59,376 bases of DNA. Origin: Minisyncoccota bacterium (GTDB lineage Bacteria > Patescibacteriota > Minisyncoccia > Phycocordibacterales > UBA918). Shown here one piece after another: positions 1 to 9,266 of the stretch. Made by a program: the position numbers and the translations under genes. The notes beneath the pieces are model-generated. The model searched no databases. It had not been told where the DNA came from and worked only from the letters and a program-made list of their open reading frames with translations. Within the stretch, counting starts at the first letter, position 1. Every line of letters begins with the position of its first letter. The DNA lies in contig JAWKSR010000005.1 of the NCBI GenBank assembly GCA_041389005.1, positions 1-59,376 of the forward strand, in the 5' to 3' direction.

Positions 1-1
1 A

Positions 2-928
2 TACTTCTTTGAGAGTGAAGCTGCTCCTTTAGGTAAGGAGTTGGTTGAACAACATCCAGAAGTTTTTTCTCTCAGTGACGGAGCTTGGGTTTTTAAGGGT
101 GAGGAACATGGTCTTCATACTCGTGTCTTTCTCAATTCAGAGGGTTTGCCAACGTATGAAGCTAAGGAATTGGCGCTCGCGAAAATGAAAGACGACCGGT
201 TTGGGGGGTATGACCATTCAGTAGTTTCTACCGCCAATGAGATTACCGAATACTTCAAAGTGTTGTTGTGTGCGATGGGTTTTATCTATCCAGAGCTAGC
301 TAAGAAAACTGAACACATTGGACATGGCACGGTACGCTTATCTTCTGGAAAGATGTCCTCACGCACCGGCGATGTGATTGCCGCGCTTGATTTTATACAG
401 GAGATTACTGAGGCTGCAGCTTCGCGCATTGCTTCGTCCTCGCCAGAATTAGCTAAGGACCAGGAATTAGCAGAAGCCATTGCGCTTGGAGCTATCAAAT
501 ACGCCACACTCAAAGGAAATATTCTACAGGATAGTGTTTTCAATAAAGAAGAAGCTTTATCATTTGAGGGTGCTTCTGGTCCATACCTGCAGTACACTCA
601 CGCTCGACTCACTTCCGTAATAGAAAAAGCTAAAACAGCAGGGGTGACAATGGGTAGTGGAGTGCCGGATGTGCCATATCAGGTAGAGCGTATTCTCTAT
701 CGTTTTGAAGAAGCGGTAGCAGAAGCGGCACGGACTCGCGCACCACATCTCATCACCCAGTACCTCACCGAATTGGCGGGTACCTTTAACACCTTCTACG
801 CTGCAGAGAAAATCGCTGACCAGGCTGATCGGTATGCACCGTACAAACTTGCGCTGGCGGAGGCGACCAAGCAGACCCTTAAAAATGGTTTGTGGCTTCT
901 GGGCATCAAAGCGCCTGAACGGATGTAG
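2..928 (+). CDS. argS: arginine--tRNA ligase, C-terminal part (5' end lies outside the window)
   Basis: The frame is open to the window edge. SSGKMSSRTGDV is a KMSKS-type loop, followed by a DALR-type anticodon-binding domain ending GIKAPERM. Confidence 0.9.
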   Translation, partial: YFFESEAAPLGKELVEQHPEVFSLSDGAWVFKGEEHGLHTRVFLNSEGLPTYEAKELALAKMKDDRFGGYDHSVVSTANEITEYFKVLLCAMGFIYPELAKKTEHIGHGTVRLSSGKMSSRTGDVIAALDFIQEITEAAASRIASSSPELAKDQELAEAIALGAIKYATLKGNILQDSVFNKEEALSFEGASGPYLQYTHARLTSVIEKAKTAGVTMGSGVPDVPYQVERILYRFEEAVAEAARTRAPHLITQYLTELAGTFNTFYAAEKIADQADRYAPYKLALAEATKQTLKNGLWLLGIKAPERM

Positions 929-969
929 CGAGGTTGTATAATAATAGTGGGGGAAGGAAGGAAATTGCC

Positions 970-1239
970 ATGGATATCTACGCCACTTTGGCACACATGG
1001 GCGACACTCCCTTTTTGTTAGGGTCAGTAGGAGTGATCTCGTTTCTTGCTGGTTTCGTAATTGCCGTTGGATTGAAACTCCTTTCAATTTTGAGTGATGA
1101 GAAACCACCAAGCCAACCGCCGGGTGCGAAAGCGCCCGGCGGTAACTTTTCAAAATTAGAAACAGTGGTACTATGCCTAAGCGAGCCTGATATGTTCGCT
1201 TCGATACTGAAATCAAAACTAACCATAGTTATATTTTAG
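970..1239 (+). CDS. hypothetical small membrane protein
   Basis: ATG at 970 preceded by GGAAGGAAGGAAA. One hydrophobic helix (FLLGSVGVISFLAGFVIAVGLKLL). No recognisable family. Confidence 0.3.
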   Translation: MDIYATLAHMGDTPFLLGSVGVISFLAGFVIAVGLKLLSILSDEKPPSQPPGAKAPGGNFSKLETVVLCLSEPDMFASILKSKLTIVIF

Positions 1240-1273
1240 TATCTAGAATGTCTGATATACATAACAAGCTACT

Positions 1274-4200
1274 ATGAATAAAGAAACTCAAGAGAAGAGC
1301 GACGTTGCGTTGCGCGAAGAGGAAGTGTTAGCGTTTTGGCGTGAGCATGACATTTTTAAGAAGAGTGTAGAACAGGAAGCCCCGCAGGGGGATTTTGTAT
1401 TTTATGATGGACCGCCATTTGCAACTGGTCTGCCACACTACGGACATATTTTAGCGAGTACTATTAAAGATGCGGTACCGCGTTTCTGGACAATGAACGG
1501 CTATCGAGTACGTCGTACTTGGGGGTGGGACTGCCATGGCTTGCCACTGGAGAACCTGATTGAGAAAAAACTGGGGCTGGCAACCAAGCGTGATATTGAA
1601 GAGTACGGAGTAAAGAATTTCAACGAAGCCGCGCGCGGCGCAGTTTTAGAATTTGCCGATGATTGGAAGGAAATCATTCCTCGAATGGGTCGTTGGGCAG
1701 ATATGGAGAGTGACTACAAAACCATGGATAGTTCATACACCGAAAGTGTATGGTGGGTCTTTAAATCACTGCATGAGAAGGGGTTTGGTGTGTAAGGGGG
1801 CTTTAAGAGTATGCACCTTTGCCCTCGCTGTGGTACCACGCTATCTAACTTTGAGGTTAATCAAGGTTATCAAGACATCAAGGATATCGCAGTAACGGTG
1901 AAACTTCCTTTGCTTGATGAGGCAGGCGAACCAACCGACACATCACTGTTGGTCTGGACAACTACGCCGTGGACATTGCCAGGCAACATGGCAGCGGCGG
2001 TACATAAAGATGCAGATTATGTAACATTTACTGCCAAAGAGAACACCGGTGAACAGTACATCATGGCATTAGAAAACTGGAAAAAATTACCTGGTAATAC
2101 TGATGCTGTTAAAGTTTTAGATTCAGAAGAGTTTGAAATAGTCGCTACTATCAAAGGATCTGAACTGGTTGGTGGTGTGCCAGCCACCTTTTAACTATTG
2201 GCAAAAACAAGAGTTTGAGAACAAAAAAACGCCTGGAAAATCTACCATGCAGATTATGTAGAGATTGGAGAAAGAGGGCACTGGCGCTGTGCACCTAGCC
2301 CCTGCCTATGGTGAAGAAGGATATGGAGCTCGCTAAGGTAGAAGGCATTCCGATACAGCACCACGTTGATGCCGAGGGACATTTCATGGCGTTTGTGGAG
2401 GATTTTGCTCTACAACTCGTGAAGCCAAAGACGATATTGACTCTGGTGTGACGCATCTCGATGCTGATATTGAGGTTCTCAAGAAACTGCAAGAAAGAAG
2501 GAAAAATATTTAAAAAAGAAAACATCACTCACAGCTACCCGCACTGTTGGCGGTGTGATACACCACTCCTTAACTACGCGACGACCAGTTGGTTTGTAGA
2601 AGTGACAAAAATAAAAGATGAACTGGTCAATGAAAACAATAAAGTCCACTGGGTACCAGATCATGTTGGCAAGAACCGGTTTGGTAAGTGGCAGAGGCGC
2701 TCGTGACTGGGCGGTATCGCGTCAGCGCTACTGGGGCGCACCCCTGCCAGTTTGGCGTAATCCAGAGACTAAGGAAGTAAAAGTATTTGGCTCACTCAAT
2801 GAATTGCAAGAACATGTGCCAAAGAGTGGCGGTAGTATTTCCTGATGCGCCACGGAGAGAGTGAGTAATGCTGCCGGTATAGTCCAAACAGATATCTCAG
2901 TTGCCAACCCACTGACTAAGCGAGGGCAAGAAGAGGTGATGAAAGCAATTGAAGAATTGCAAGGAAAAGGGAGCATAACCAAGATTATCGTTTCTCCGTT
3001 TCCAACGTACAAAAGAGACAGCCGCTATAGTTCAAAAGAACTCAATCTGTCAGACAAGTGGTTACATACGATGAGTCACTGACTGAGATTCAAGTGCCTG
3101 AGTTTGAGGTGAGAAGTAGGAGCCAAGTATCAAAGAATTTATCGGCAATGACCCCCGTTGGTTTGATAAAAAAAACTGATTCAGGTGAATCATTATTGGG
3201 CGGACGTCCGCCGGCGTGTTGAAGGAGACTTTTGCACCAGCTAGAAACTGAGTATCAAGGAGAAAATATCCTTATCGTATCGCACAATAGTCCACTGAGA
3301 ATGATGCAATTGGTCGAAAGTGGTGAGTCATTAGAGTATTTTGATCATGACGAAGACTTGGCCAATCGCTTCTTAAATCCAGAAGTGAGAGAGTTAACCT
3401 TTGCACCATACCCACATAACGATAACTACGAACTTGATTATCATCGACCATATATAGACAATATTGAACCTCTATGAAGACGGTGTAAAGCTGGAGCGAG
3501 TACCGGACGTCTTTGACTGTTGGTTTAGTGGTTCGATGCCGTATGGACAGCACCACTATCCATTTGCGATGGATAAAGAACATTTCTGTAAAGAGCATTT
3601 CCCAGCACAGTTTATTGCTGAAGGTCTTGATCAGACTCGGGGCTGGTTCTACTCGTTGATCGTGCTTGGCACAGCACTCTTTGGTAAAAGTCCTTACGAA
3701 AATGTAATTGTGAACGGTTTGGTCTTAGCTGAAGACGGTAAGAAGATGAGTAAGAAATTGCAGAATTACCCAGACCCGATGGAGCTTGCTGATCGTGTTG
3801 GAGCTGATTCTATGCGGTACTACATGCTCTCAGCCCCAATCATGCGCGCTGAAGACCTCAACTTCAGTGAGAAAGAAGTGCTCGAACTGCAACGAAAAAA
3901 TATCGGTCGCTTACACAACGTACTAGCGATGTATCAAATGTATGCGGACGGTGGAGTAGAATCACGTAGTGATTCTACTCACGTGCTCGACCAGTGGATT
4001 ATCTCGCGCTTGAATGAGCTTATCAACGAAGTAACAACCGGTTACCAAAACTACGAACTCGACAAAGCCAACCGACCAATCACTGACTTTATTGACGACC
4101 TTTCAGTTTGGTATCTACGCCGTAGCCGAGATCGACTTAAGGGTGAGGACGAGGCAGACAAACAGCTGGCTCTTGCCACACTTCGTTATGTCTTGAAGAC

Positions 4201-4765
4201 TGTGGCACAAGTGATGGCGCCGGCTATGCCGTTTTACGCTGAACACCTGTGGCAACGTGTAAAGATGGAGTCTGAGGCAGAAAGTGTTCACCTCTCACGC
4301 TGGGCTGTCGCTGGCGAGGTTAACGAGACGTTGCTGGCTGATATGAAACAAGCGCGAGAGGTGGTGAACCAAGCACTGCAAGCACGAGTAAAAGCAGATA
4401 TCAAAGTGCGTCAACCAATTGCCTCAGTCACTGGACCGGCTATACCCGATGCCGTAGTGCCAGTGGTACTCGAGGAGGTAAATGCTCAGTCGTATCAGGT
4501 AGGGGAAGGTGTATCTATCGACACCACACTCACGCCAAAACTGATCGAAGCAGGGTATGTGCGCGAGTTTATTCGTGGTATTCAGGAGATGCGTAAAGAA
4601 TGTGGCTTCAATCCGCAAGACAGCGTCAACTATCAGTACGATGCTACTGACGAAGTAGACCTCTTTATCAAACGCCACCAAGCTGAGATTGATAAAGCCA
4701 TAAACACTCGCTTACTGACGCCACCATGCCAACTGAAGGGGCGACTGGAACCTCACGAGTACTAA
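1274..4765 (+). pseudogene. ileS: isoleucine--tRNA ligase (type 2), frame-disrupted as assembled, with an embedded histidine-phosphatase domain
   Basis: ORF fragments 1274-1795, 1811-2194, 2461-2706, 2618-2845, 2861-3082, 3232-3477 and 3464-4765 are colinear with IleRS. Motifs seen: [69 protein letters not shown] and KMSKKL. By eye there are at least a dozen frame breaks between 1790 and 3480. The segment 3464-4765 is intact. Confidence 0.9.
2840..3430 (+). other. histidine phosphatase (PGAM-like) domain encoded inside ileS
   Basis: Reading across frames gives IFLMRHGE (RHG codons 2848-2856), NPLTKRGQEE, IVSPFQRTKETAAIV, DESLTEIQVPEFE, GES and ILIVSHNSPLRMM (His codon 3283-3285). These lie between the IleRS motifs APLPVW and DYHRPYID. 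Confidence 0.7.
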
Positions 4766-4815
4766 AGGTTGGTGATATGGAGATACCGTTCTCAATCTGG
4801 AAGAGCACTACATAA

Positions 4816-5385
4816 ATGGCATACGCGACCTACACAACCGAAGCAATCGTGTGCGGTCACAAAGATAGTTATACAAGTGACCGCTCCTTTCTCTTATTCA
4901 CTCTCGATGCGGGGATGGTGTGGGCGAGTGCTCGTAGTGTGCGTGAGGAAAGAAGTAAACAACGCTACGCTCTACAAGACTTCTCATGGGTCCGTGTGTC
5001 ACTCGTGAAAGGAAAAGCTGGTTGGAAAATTGGTAGTGTGAGTGCGTTGCGTAATTTCTACGCAGAAGCAAAGGAGCGTGAATTACGCGGCCAGGTGACG
5101 CGCATACTCAGATTGGTTCGACAGTTTGTGCACGGTGAGTCACCGCACCCTCATGTCTTTACCGATACCCGTGAAGTATTATCAGCATTAGTAGAGGAGT
5201 CCGTCACCTCAGCCGAGCTACTCGAAGTCTATACGCTCCGTCTCTTGCATCAACTTGGATATATTGCCCCGCATAATACATACGACACGTTACTCACCGA
5301 TGCTCATTGGACAATGAATCCAACACCTATTCCGTCAGCTGCAAAAAAGGCCATTGAACACGCATTTAGTGTAAGCCATCTTTAA
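4816..5385 (+). CDS. recO: DNA repair protein RecO-like
   Basis: 189 aa. The N-terminal OB-fold pattern (EAIVCGHKDSYTSDRSFLLFTLDAGMVWASARSVREERSK) resembles short RecO proteins. Confidence 0.5.
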   Translation: MAYATYTTEAIVCGHKDSYTSDRSFLLFTLDAGMVWASARSVREERSKQRYALQDFSWVRVSLVKGKAGWKIGSVSALRNFYAEAKERELRGQVTRILRLVRQFVHGESPHPHVFTDTREVLSALVEESVTSAELLEVYTLRLLHQLGYIAPHNTYDTLLTDAHWTMNPTPIPSAAKKAIEHAFSVSHL

Positions 5386-5407
5386 AATAACGGTCTGTAT
5401 AGCTCAC

Positions 5408-5436
5408 ATAGACCCACTTCTAGGGTCGGGGTATAC
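5408..5436 (+). repeat. 29-nt direct repeat, copy 1 (5' arm of the recO terminator)
   Basis: ATAGACCCACTTCTAGGGTCGGGGTATAC is identical at 5547-5575. Confidence 0.9.
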
Positions 5437-5463
5437 CCCACCCTACGAAATGGGTCAGTTTTT
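5411..5463 (+). terminator. intrinsic terminator after recO
   Basis: Extended hairpin GACCCA-TAGGGT-GGGG / CCCC-ACCCTA-TGGGTC followed by AGTTTTT. Confidence 0.6.
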
Positions 5464-5546
5464 GAGAAGACAGAATCTTTACCGCTACAATCTTGAGACC
5501 CTTTTTGCAATCCTTCAGTGAGTGAAAACATTGCTGTACAACAGCA

Positions 5547-5575
5547 ATAGACCCACTTCTAGGGTCGGGGTATAC
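5547..5575 (+). repeat. 29-nt direct repeat, copy 2
   Basis: Identical to 5408-5436 and lacks the 3' arm. It lies 12 nt upstream of the ATG at 5588. Confidence 0.9.
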
Positions 5576-5587
5576 TTCTCTTTAGGT

Positions 5588-7588
5588 ATGCAAAAGGGGA
5601 AAGACCAAGACAGACTTGATGATTTACGAAAACGTCTCTACGACCGTAGTGGAACTGGGCGCTCACACGAGCGGGCTGAGTTAACTGACGAAAAAAAAGA
5701 CGTTCCAACGAAGTGGCATGAATCATCACATGTTACCTCCAACGGTGATGTGGCGTTTAATAAGACTACGGCAGAAACACCTGCTGAATCTCCGTCTCCA
5801 GTCCCGGAACCAGCCTTTGAGACAGTTACCGAACCATCACTATCAGACACTATGCCTAGAAAAAACAAACGACGCGCCTTCCGCTTCAAGCTACTCCTTG
5901 CCGGCATCTTTTTCTTTATTGTGGCGGTAGGGCTCTCGAGCCTCTTTATATTCTTCGGTGGCAACGCTATTTCTGGCGAGAATATTTCAGTCAATGTCAC
6001 GGGACCCTTCACGATTGGAGGGGGAGAGATATTACGTCTTCAGGTTGGTGTAACCAACCAAAATAGCGTACCGATCGAATCAGCGACACTCATTATGGAA
6101 TATCCGGCTGGCACCCAAGCTGCCGATCAGTCAGACCGCGAATTATTCGTGGAGCGTTTATCGCTCGAGACCATTGAGTCGGGTGAGACCGTCAATATCC
6201 CAATTCAGGCTAAGGTGTTCGGTGAAGAGAATGACGAACTTATAATCCGAGCCTCGGTTGAATATCGTGTTCGTGGTTCTAATGCTACCTTCTTCCGCGA
6301 AGCTGAACCGCTCACCATAAAAATAAGTTCTTCACCGGTAGTCCTTGATATTGATGCGGTGGAAAATTTGGCTTCCGGTCAAGAAACCGATATCACCGTA
6401 CGAGTAGTCTCTAACGCACCAACTGAGATTTCTGACATTCTGGTTAAGGCAGAGTATCCATCTGGTTTTGATTTTACCAGCGCGTCACCCAATCCTGTGG
6501 CTGGTCAGAATGTCTGGCTCATCGATTCACTAGCGCCCGAGGAGACTGCGGAAATAACCATCCGCGGCGCCATTGTCGGTAGTGAGACGGAGAGCTACGC
6601 CATGAATTTTTCCGTTGGGGTACCAAACGAGCGTGATCGCTATAGCTTAGCCTCGGTCTTTTCAACTGGTATAGCAGAGTTCTCAATCGAAGAACCGTTC
6701 TTGGATGTAGCGGTGACGGTCAATGATGTGACCAACAGCACAGCGGCAGTCAGTCCCAATGAAACGTCCAATGTCGCGGTGGTCATTACTAATACGTTGC
6801 AAAACACTATTTATGATGGGGTGGTTGAACTCAAGCTTTCCGGTAACGCGCTCTCTGACGATGAGGTAAAGGTCACCAATGGATACTACGACTCAAACAC
6901 CAAAACTATCACCTGGGATATCAGTTCTGCTTCAACACTCGAACGCTTGATTCCAGGTGATACCGAACGCTTCGGCTTCACCATCCGACCGCAAGCCGGC
7001 GTCTCGCGTACGCCGCAGATCAATCTTGATGCAGTAGTCCGCGCCCGGCGGGTATCAGAACGTAATGCGCAGGAAGAAATTGTCGGTACTATTCAGTCAG
7101 TTATTAAAGTCACGAGTGGTGTCGGACTCTTGGCTGAGACTGGTTATAACATCACCGTACTGAATGACACGGGACCGATTCCACCGGAGGTAGGAGAGAC
7201 AACCACCTACACCATCACCCAGGTGGTTGAGAATGGTAGCAACAGCATCTCGGATGTGGTAGTGACCGCTAATGTGCCATCGTACGTATCATGGGTCGGG
7301 CAGACAGCCGGTAATGGCACCTATGAGTACAATCCAACCACACGCGTTCTTACGTGGAACGTTGCTTCTCTAAATGCTGGCGCAATCGCCCAAGGTTCCT
7401 TCCAGGTGTCAATCTTGCCAAGTATCTCCCAGGTTGATAAAACACCTACATTGGTCAGTGACCTGCAGTTGAAAGCCAACGATGATTTCACCGGCGCAGT
7501 AATCCGCGCTGAGACCAACGCTGTTACCACTAAAATGCCGGAAGAAAACGGCTATGATCAGGACAACGGTACCGTTGTCGGAGGATAA
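5588..7588 (+). CDS. membrane-anchored protein with repeated beta-sandwich (CARDB/DUF11-like) domains
   Basis: Long intact ORF. I prefer the ATG at 5588 over the GTG at 5522. There is a basic/acidic N-terminus, one TM helix (LLLAGIFFFIVAVGLSSLFIFF) and 4-5 similar modules of about 100 aa. Confidence 0.6.
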   Translation: MQKGKDQDRLDDLRKRLYDRSGTGRSHERAELTDEKKDVPTKWHESSHVTSNGDVAFNKTTAETPAESPSPVPEPAFETVTEPSLSDTMPRKNKRRAFRFKLLLAGIFFFIVAVGLSSLFIFFGGNAISGENISVNVTGPFTIGGGEILRLQVGVTNQNSVPIESATLIMEYPAGTQAADQSDRELFVERLSLETIESGETVNIPIQAKVFGEENDELIIRASVEYRVRGSNATFFREAEPLTIKISSSPVVLDIDAVENLASGQETDITVRVVSNAPTEISDILVKAEYPSGFDFTSASPNPVAGQNVWLIDSLAPEETAEITIRGAIVGSETESYAMNFSVGVPNERDRYSLASVFSTGIAEFSIEEPFLDVAVTVNDVTNSTAAVSPNETSNVAVVITNTLQNTIYDGVVELKLSGNALSDDEVKVTNGYYDSNTKTITWDISSASTLERLIPGDTERFGFTIRPQAGVSRTPQINLDAVVRARRVSERNAQEEIVGTIQSVIKVTSGVGLLAETGYNITVLNDTGPIPPEVGETTTYTITQVVENGSNSISDVVVTANVPSYVSWVGQTAGNGTYEYNPTTRVLTWNVASLNAGAIAQGSFQVSILPSISQVDKTPTLVSDLQLKANDDFTGAVIRAETNAVTTKMPEENGYDQDNGTVVGG

Positions 7589-7590
7589 TC

Positions 7591-8985
7591 ATGACTGACA
7601 AAAAAGATGACAAGATGGAGAAAATAGTCGCACTGTGTAAGCGGCGTGGTTTTGTGTTTCAAGGAAGTGAGATTTATGGTGGCTTACGAGGTACATGGGA
7701 CATGGGTCCGCTTGGTGTAGCGCTTAACAACAATATCAAGCGCGAGTGGTGGAAGATGTTCGTAGAACAGCGTGAGGATATGTACGGTCTTGATGCCGCT
7801 ATTCTTATGAACGAAAAGGTCTGGGAGGCATCTGGACATACCGGTGCCGGTTTTTCTGATCCGGTGGCAATTTGTATGGCATGCGAAAAACGGCAACGAG
7901 CAGATCATGTACTGAAAGAGAATGGGAAAACTGGCGGTTTTGAGAGTAACTCGATTGAGCAGTTCAACGATAAATTCAAACACGGAAATATTATCTGCCC
8001 AAACTGTGGCAAAAGTTCGTGGAGTGAAGTAAAAAGCTTCAATCTCATGTTTGAAACTCAAGTTGGTGCTGAGGGCACAGCGAAGTCATATCTCCGCCCA
8101 GAAACCGCCCAGGGCATTTTTGTAAACTTCAAAAATGTAGTGGACTCCATGGCACCAAAAATGCCCTTTGGTATTGCTCAAATAGGAAAAGCTTTTCGCA
8201 ATGAGATAGCACCTCGAGAATGGCTCTTCCGTGTGCGTGAGTTTGAACAAATGGAGATCGAGTACTTTGTACGTGAAGATACGTGGGAAGCTGAGTTTGA
8301 AAAATTTCTCAGTATTATTCGTGCTTGGCACGAGCATCTTGGTCTTTCTAGTGAAAATGTGTGTGAGCACGAAGTGCCAGAGAATGACCTCGCCCACTAC
8401 AGCAAGCGCACTATAGACTTTGAATACAACTATCCTGGTAAGGGCTTTGATGAGCTTGCTGGTTTTGCCTACCGAACTGATCACGACCTTAAAGCACACC
8501 AAGAAGCTAGTGGAGTCTCAATGGAGTACATTGAAGCGGATGGTAGTCGCTTTATTCCACATGTCCTTGAACCTTCTTTTGGTGTCGGACGAGCGTTTAC
8601 AGCAGTATTGTGTGAAGCATATACCGAGGATGAAATGAGTGGGGACGTTCGTACCTATCTTAAACTACCAAAACACTTAGCACCGTACCGGGTAGCAGTC
8701 TCACCACTCTTAAAAAACAAACCACAACTGGTTGAGAAAGCCCGCGAAGTATTCACTATGCTTAAGAAAGAGTTTGGCAATGTTGCCTGGGATGACAATG
8801 GCAATGTCGGTAAGCGCTACCGCCGCCAAGATGAGATCGGTACTCCACATTGTGTGGTCATTGACTTCGATACCCTGGGTGAGGAAGATCCAGCGCACAA
8901 AGATACCGTCACCGTCCGCGATCGCGACACCGGGGAACAAGCCCGCGTGTCGCCGTCTCTGAACTTACTCCAATACCTTACATAA
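7591..8985 (+). CDS. glyQS: glycine--tRNA ligase (class II, alpha2 type)
   Basis: MEKIVALCKRRGFVFQGSEIYGGLRGTWDMGPLG, class II motifs and a C-terminal anticodon-binding domain. The ORF is intact. Confidence 0.93.
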   Translation: MTDKKDDKMEKIVALCKRRGFVFQGSEIYGGLRGTWDMGPLGVALNNNIKREWWKMFVEQREDMYGLDAAILMNEKVWEASGHTGAGFSDPVAICMACEKRQRADHVLKENGKTGGFESNSIEQFNDKFKHGNIICPNCGKSSWSEVKSFNLMFETQVGAEGTAKSYLRPETAQGIFVNFKNVVDSMAPKMPFGIAQIGKAFRNEIAPREWLFRVREFEQMEIEYFVREDTWEAEFEKFLSIIRAWHEHLGLSSENVCEHEVPENDLAHYSKRTIDFEYNYPGKGFDELAGFAYRTDHDLKAHQEASGVSMEYIEADGSRFIPHVLEPSFGVGRAFTAVLCEAYTEDEMSGDVRTYLKLPKHLAPYRVAVSPLLKNKPQLVEKAREVFTMLKKEFGNVAWDDNGNVGKRYRRQDEIGTPHCVVIDFDTLGEEDPAHKDTVTVRDRDTGEQARVSPSLNLLQYLT

Positions 8986-8986
8986 T

Positions 8987-9025
8987 AAAACCGCGGCGTG
9001 GAACGAATCCGCTACCGCGGGTTTT
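8987..9025. terminator. bidirectional hairpin terminator
   Basis: AAAACCGCGG ... CCGCGGGTTTT lies between the convergent glyQS and a small minus-strand ORF. Confidence 0.5.
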
Positions 9026-9045
9026 GAATCAGGGAGAGCATGTTC

Positions 9046-9132
9046 TCAGAAGAGGTAAGGCACGATTGCCGAAGCAATCAATGCTACCATAAGTCCATAC
9101 TCGATGCCGTGATTTTTGATGAAGTCCATCAT
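9046..9132 (-). CDS. 28-aa peptide with a Flp-pilin-like core (tentative)
   Basis: MMDFIKNHGIEYGLMVALIASAIVPYLF. The G-x-EYGL-hydrophobic motif resembles Flp/Fap pilins. AAGGA lies 8 nt upstream. It is too short to appear in the ORF track. Confidence 0.3.
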   Translation of the reverse strand: MMDFIKNHGIEYGLMVALIASAIVPYLF

Positions 9133-9266
9133 CGTGAGGTCCTTTTGCTGGAGGGAACTTAATGATTATATAATAACACTTTTAAGTAATTTTGTCAAGT
9201 TTTATTGAGGAAAGCGAATATCTTAGGCTTTTTTTTATGACAGGGTAGTGATACATTAGATTCACT

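Noticed and set aside
560-1216. Long antisense or overlapping track ORFs. Examples are 560-1216(-), 5638-6012(-), 12802-13434(+), 23237-23629(-), 44116-44625(-), 48327-48890(+) and 57042-57647(-).
   Set aside because: Each lies opposite to, or out of frame with, a gene that has strong family-level motifs. Each also has the biased composition expected of shadow ORFs.
1793-2845. In-frame TAA (1793-1795) and TGA (2843-2845) inside ileS, considered as stop-codon reassignment (for example code 25, UGA=Gly, as in SR1/Gracilibacteria).
   Set aside because: TGA and TAA terminate intact conserved genes at the expected positions elsewhere in the window. mazG-like ends in TGA, while metG, glyQS, folD and tatD end in TAA. 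Next to each internal stop, the conserved residues (EKGLVCKG..., IFLMRHGE) read in a different local frame. That indicates paired indels rather than recoding.
2840-3430. An intein as the explanation for the extra sequence inside ileS.
   Set aside because: There is no Cys/Ser/Thr at the N-terminal junction. Intein blocks A/B and a terminal HN followed by a nucleophile are both absent. The insert has a complete histidine-phosphatase motif set instead.
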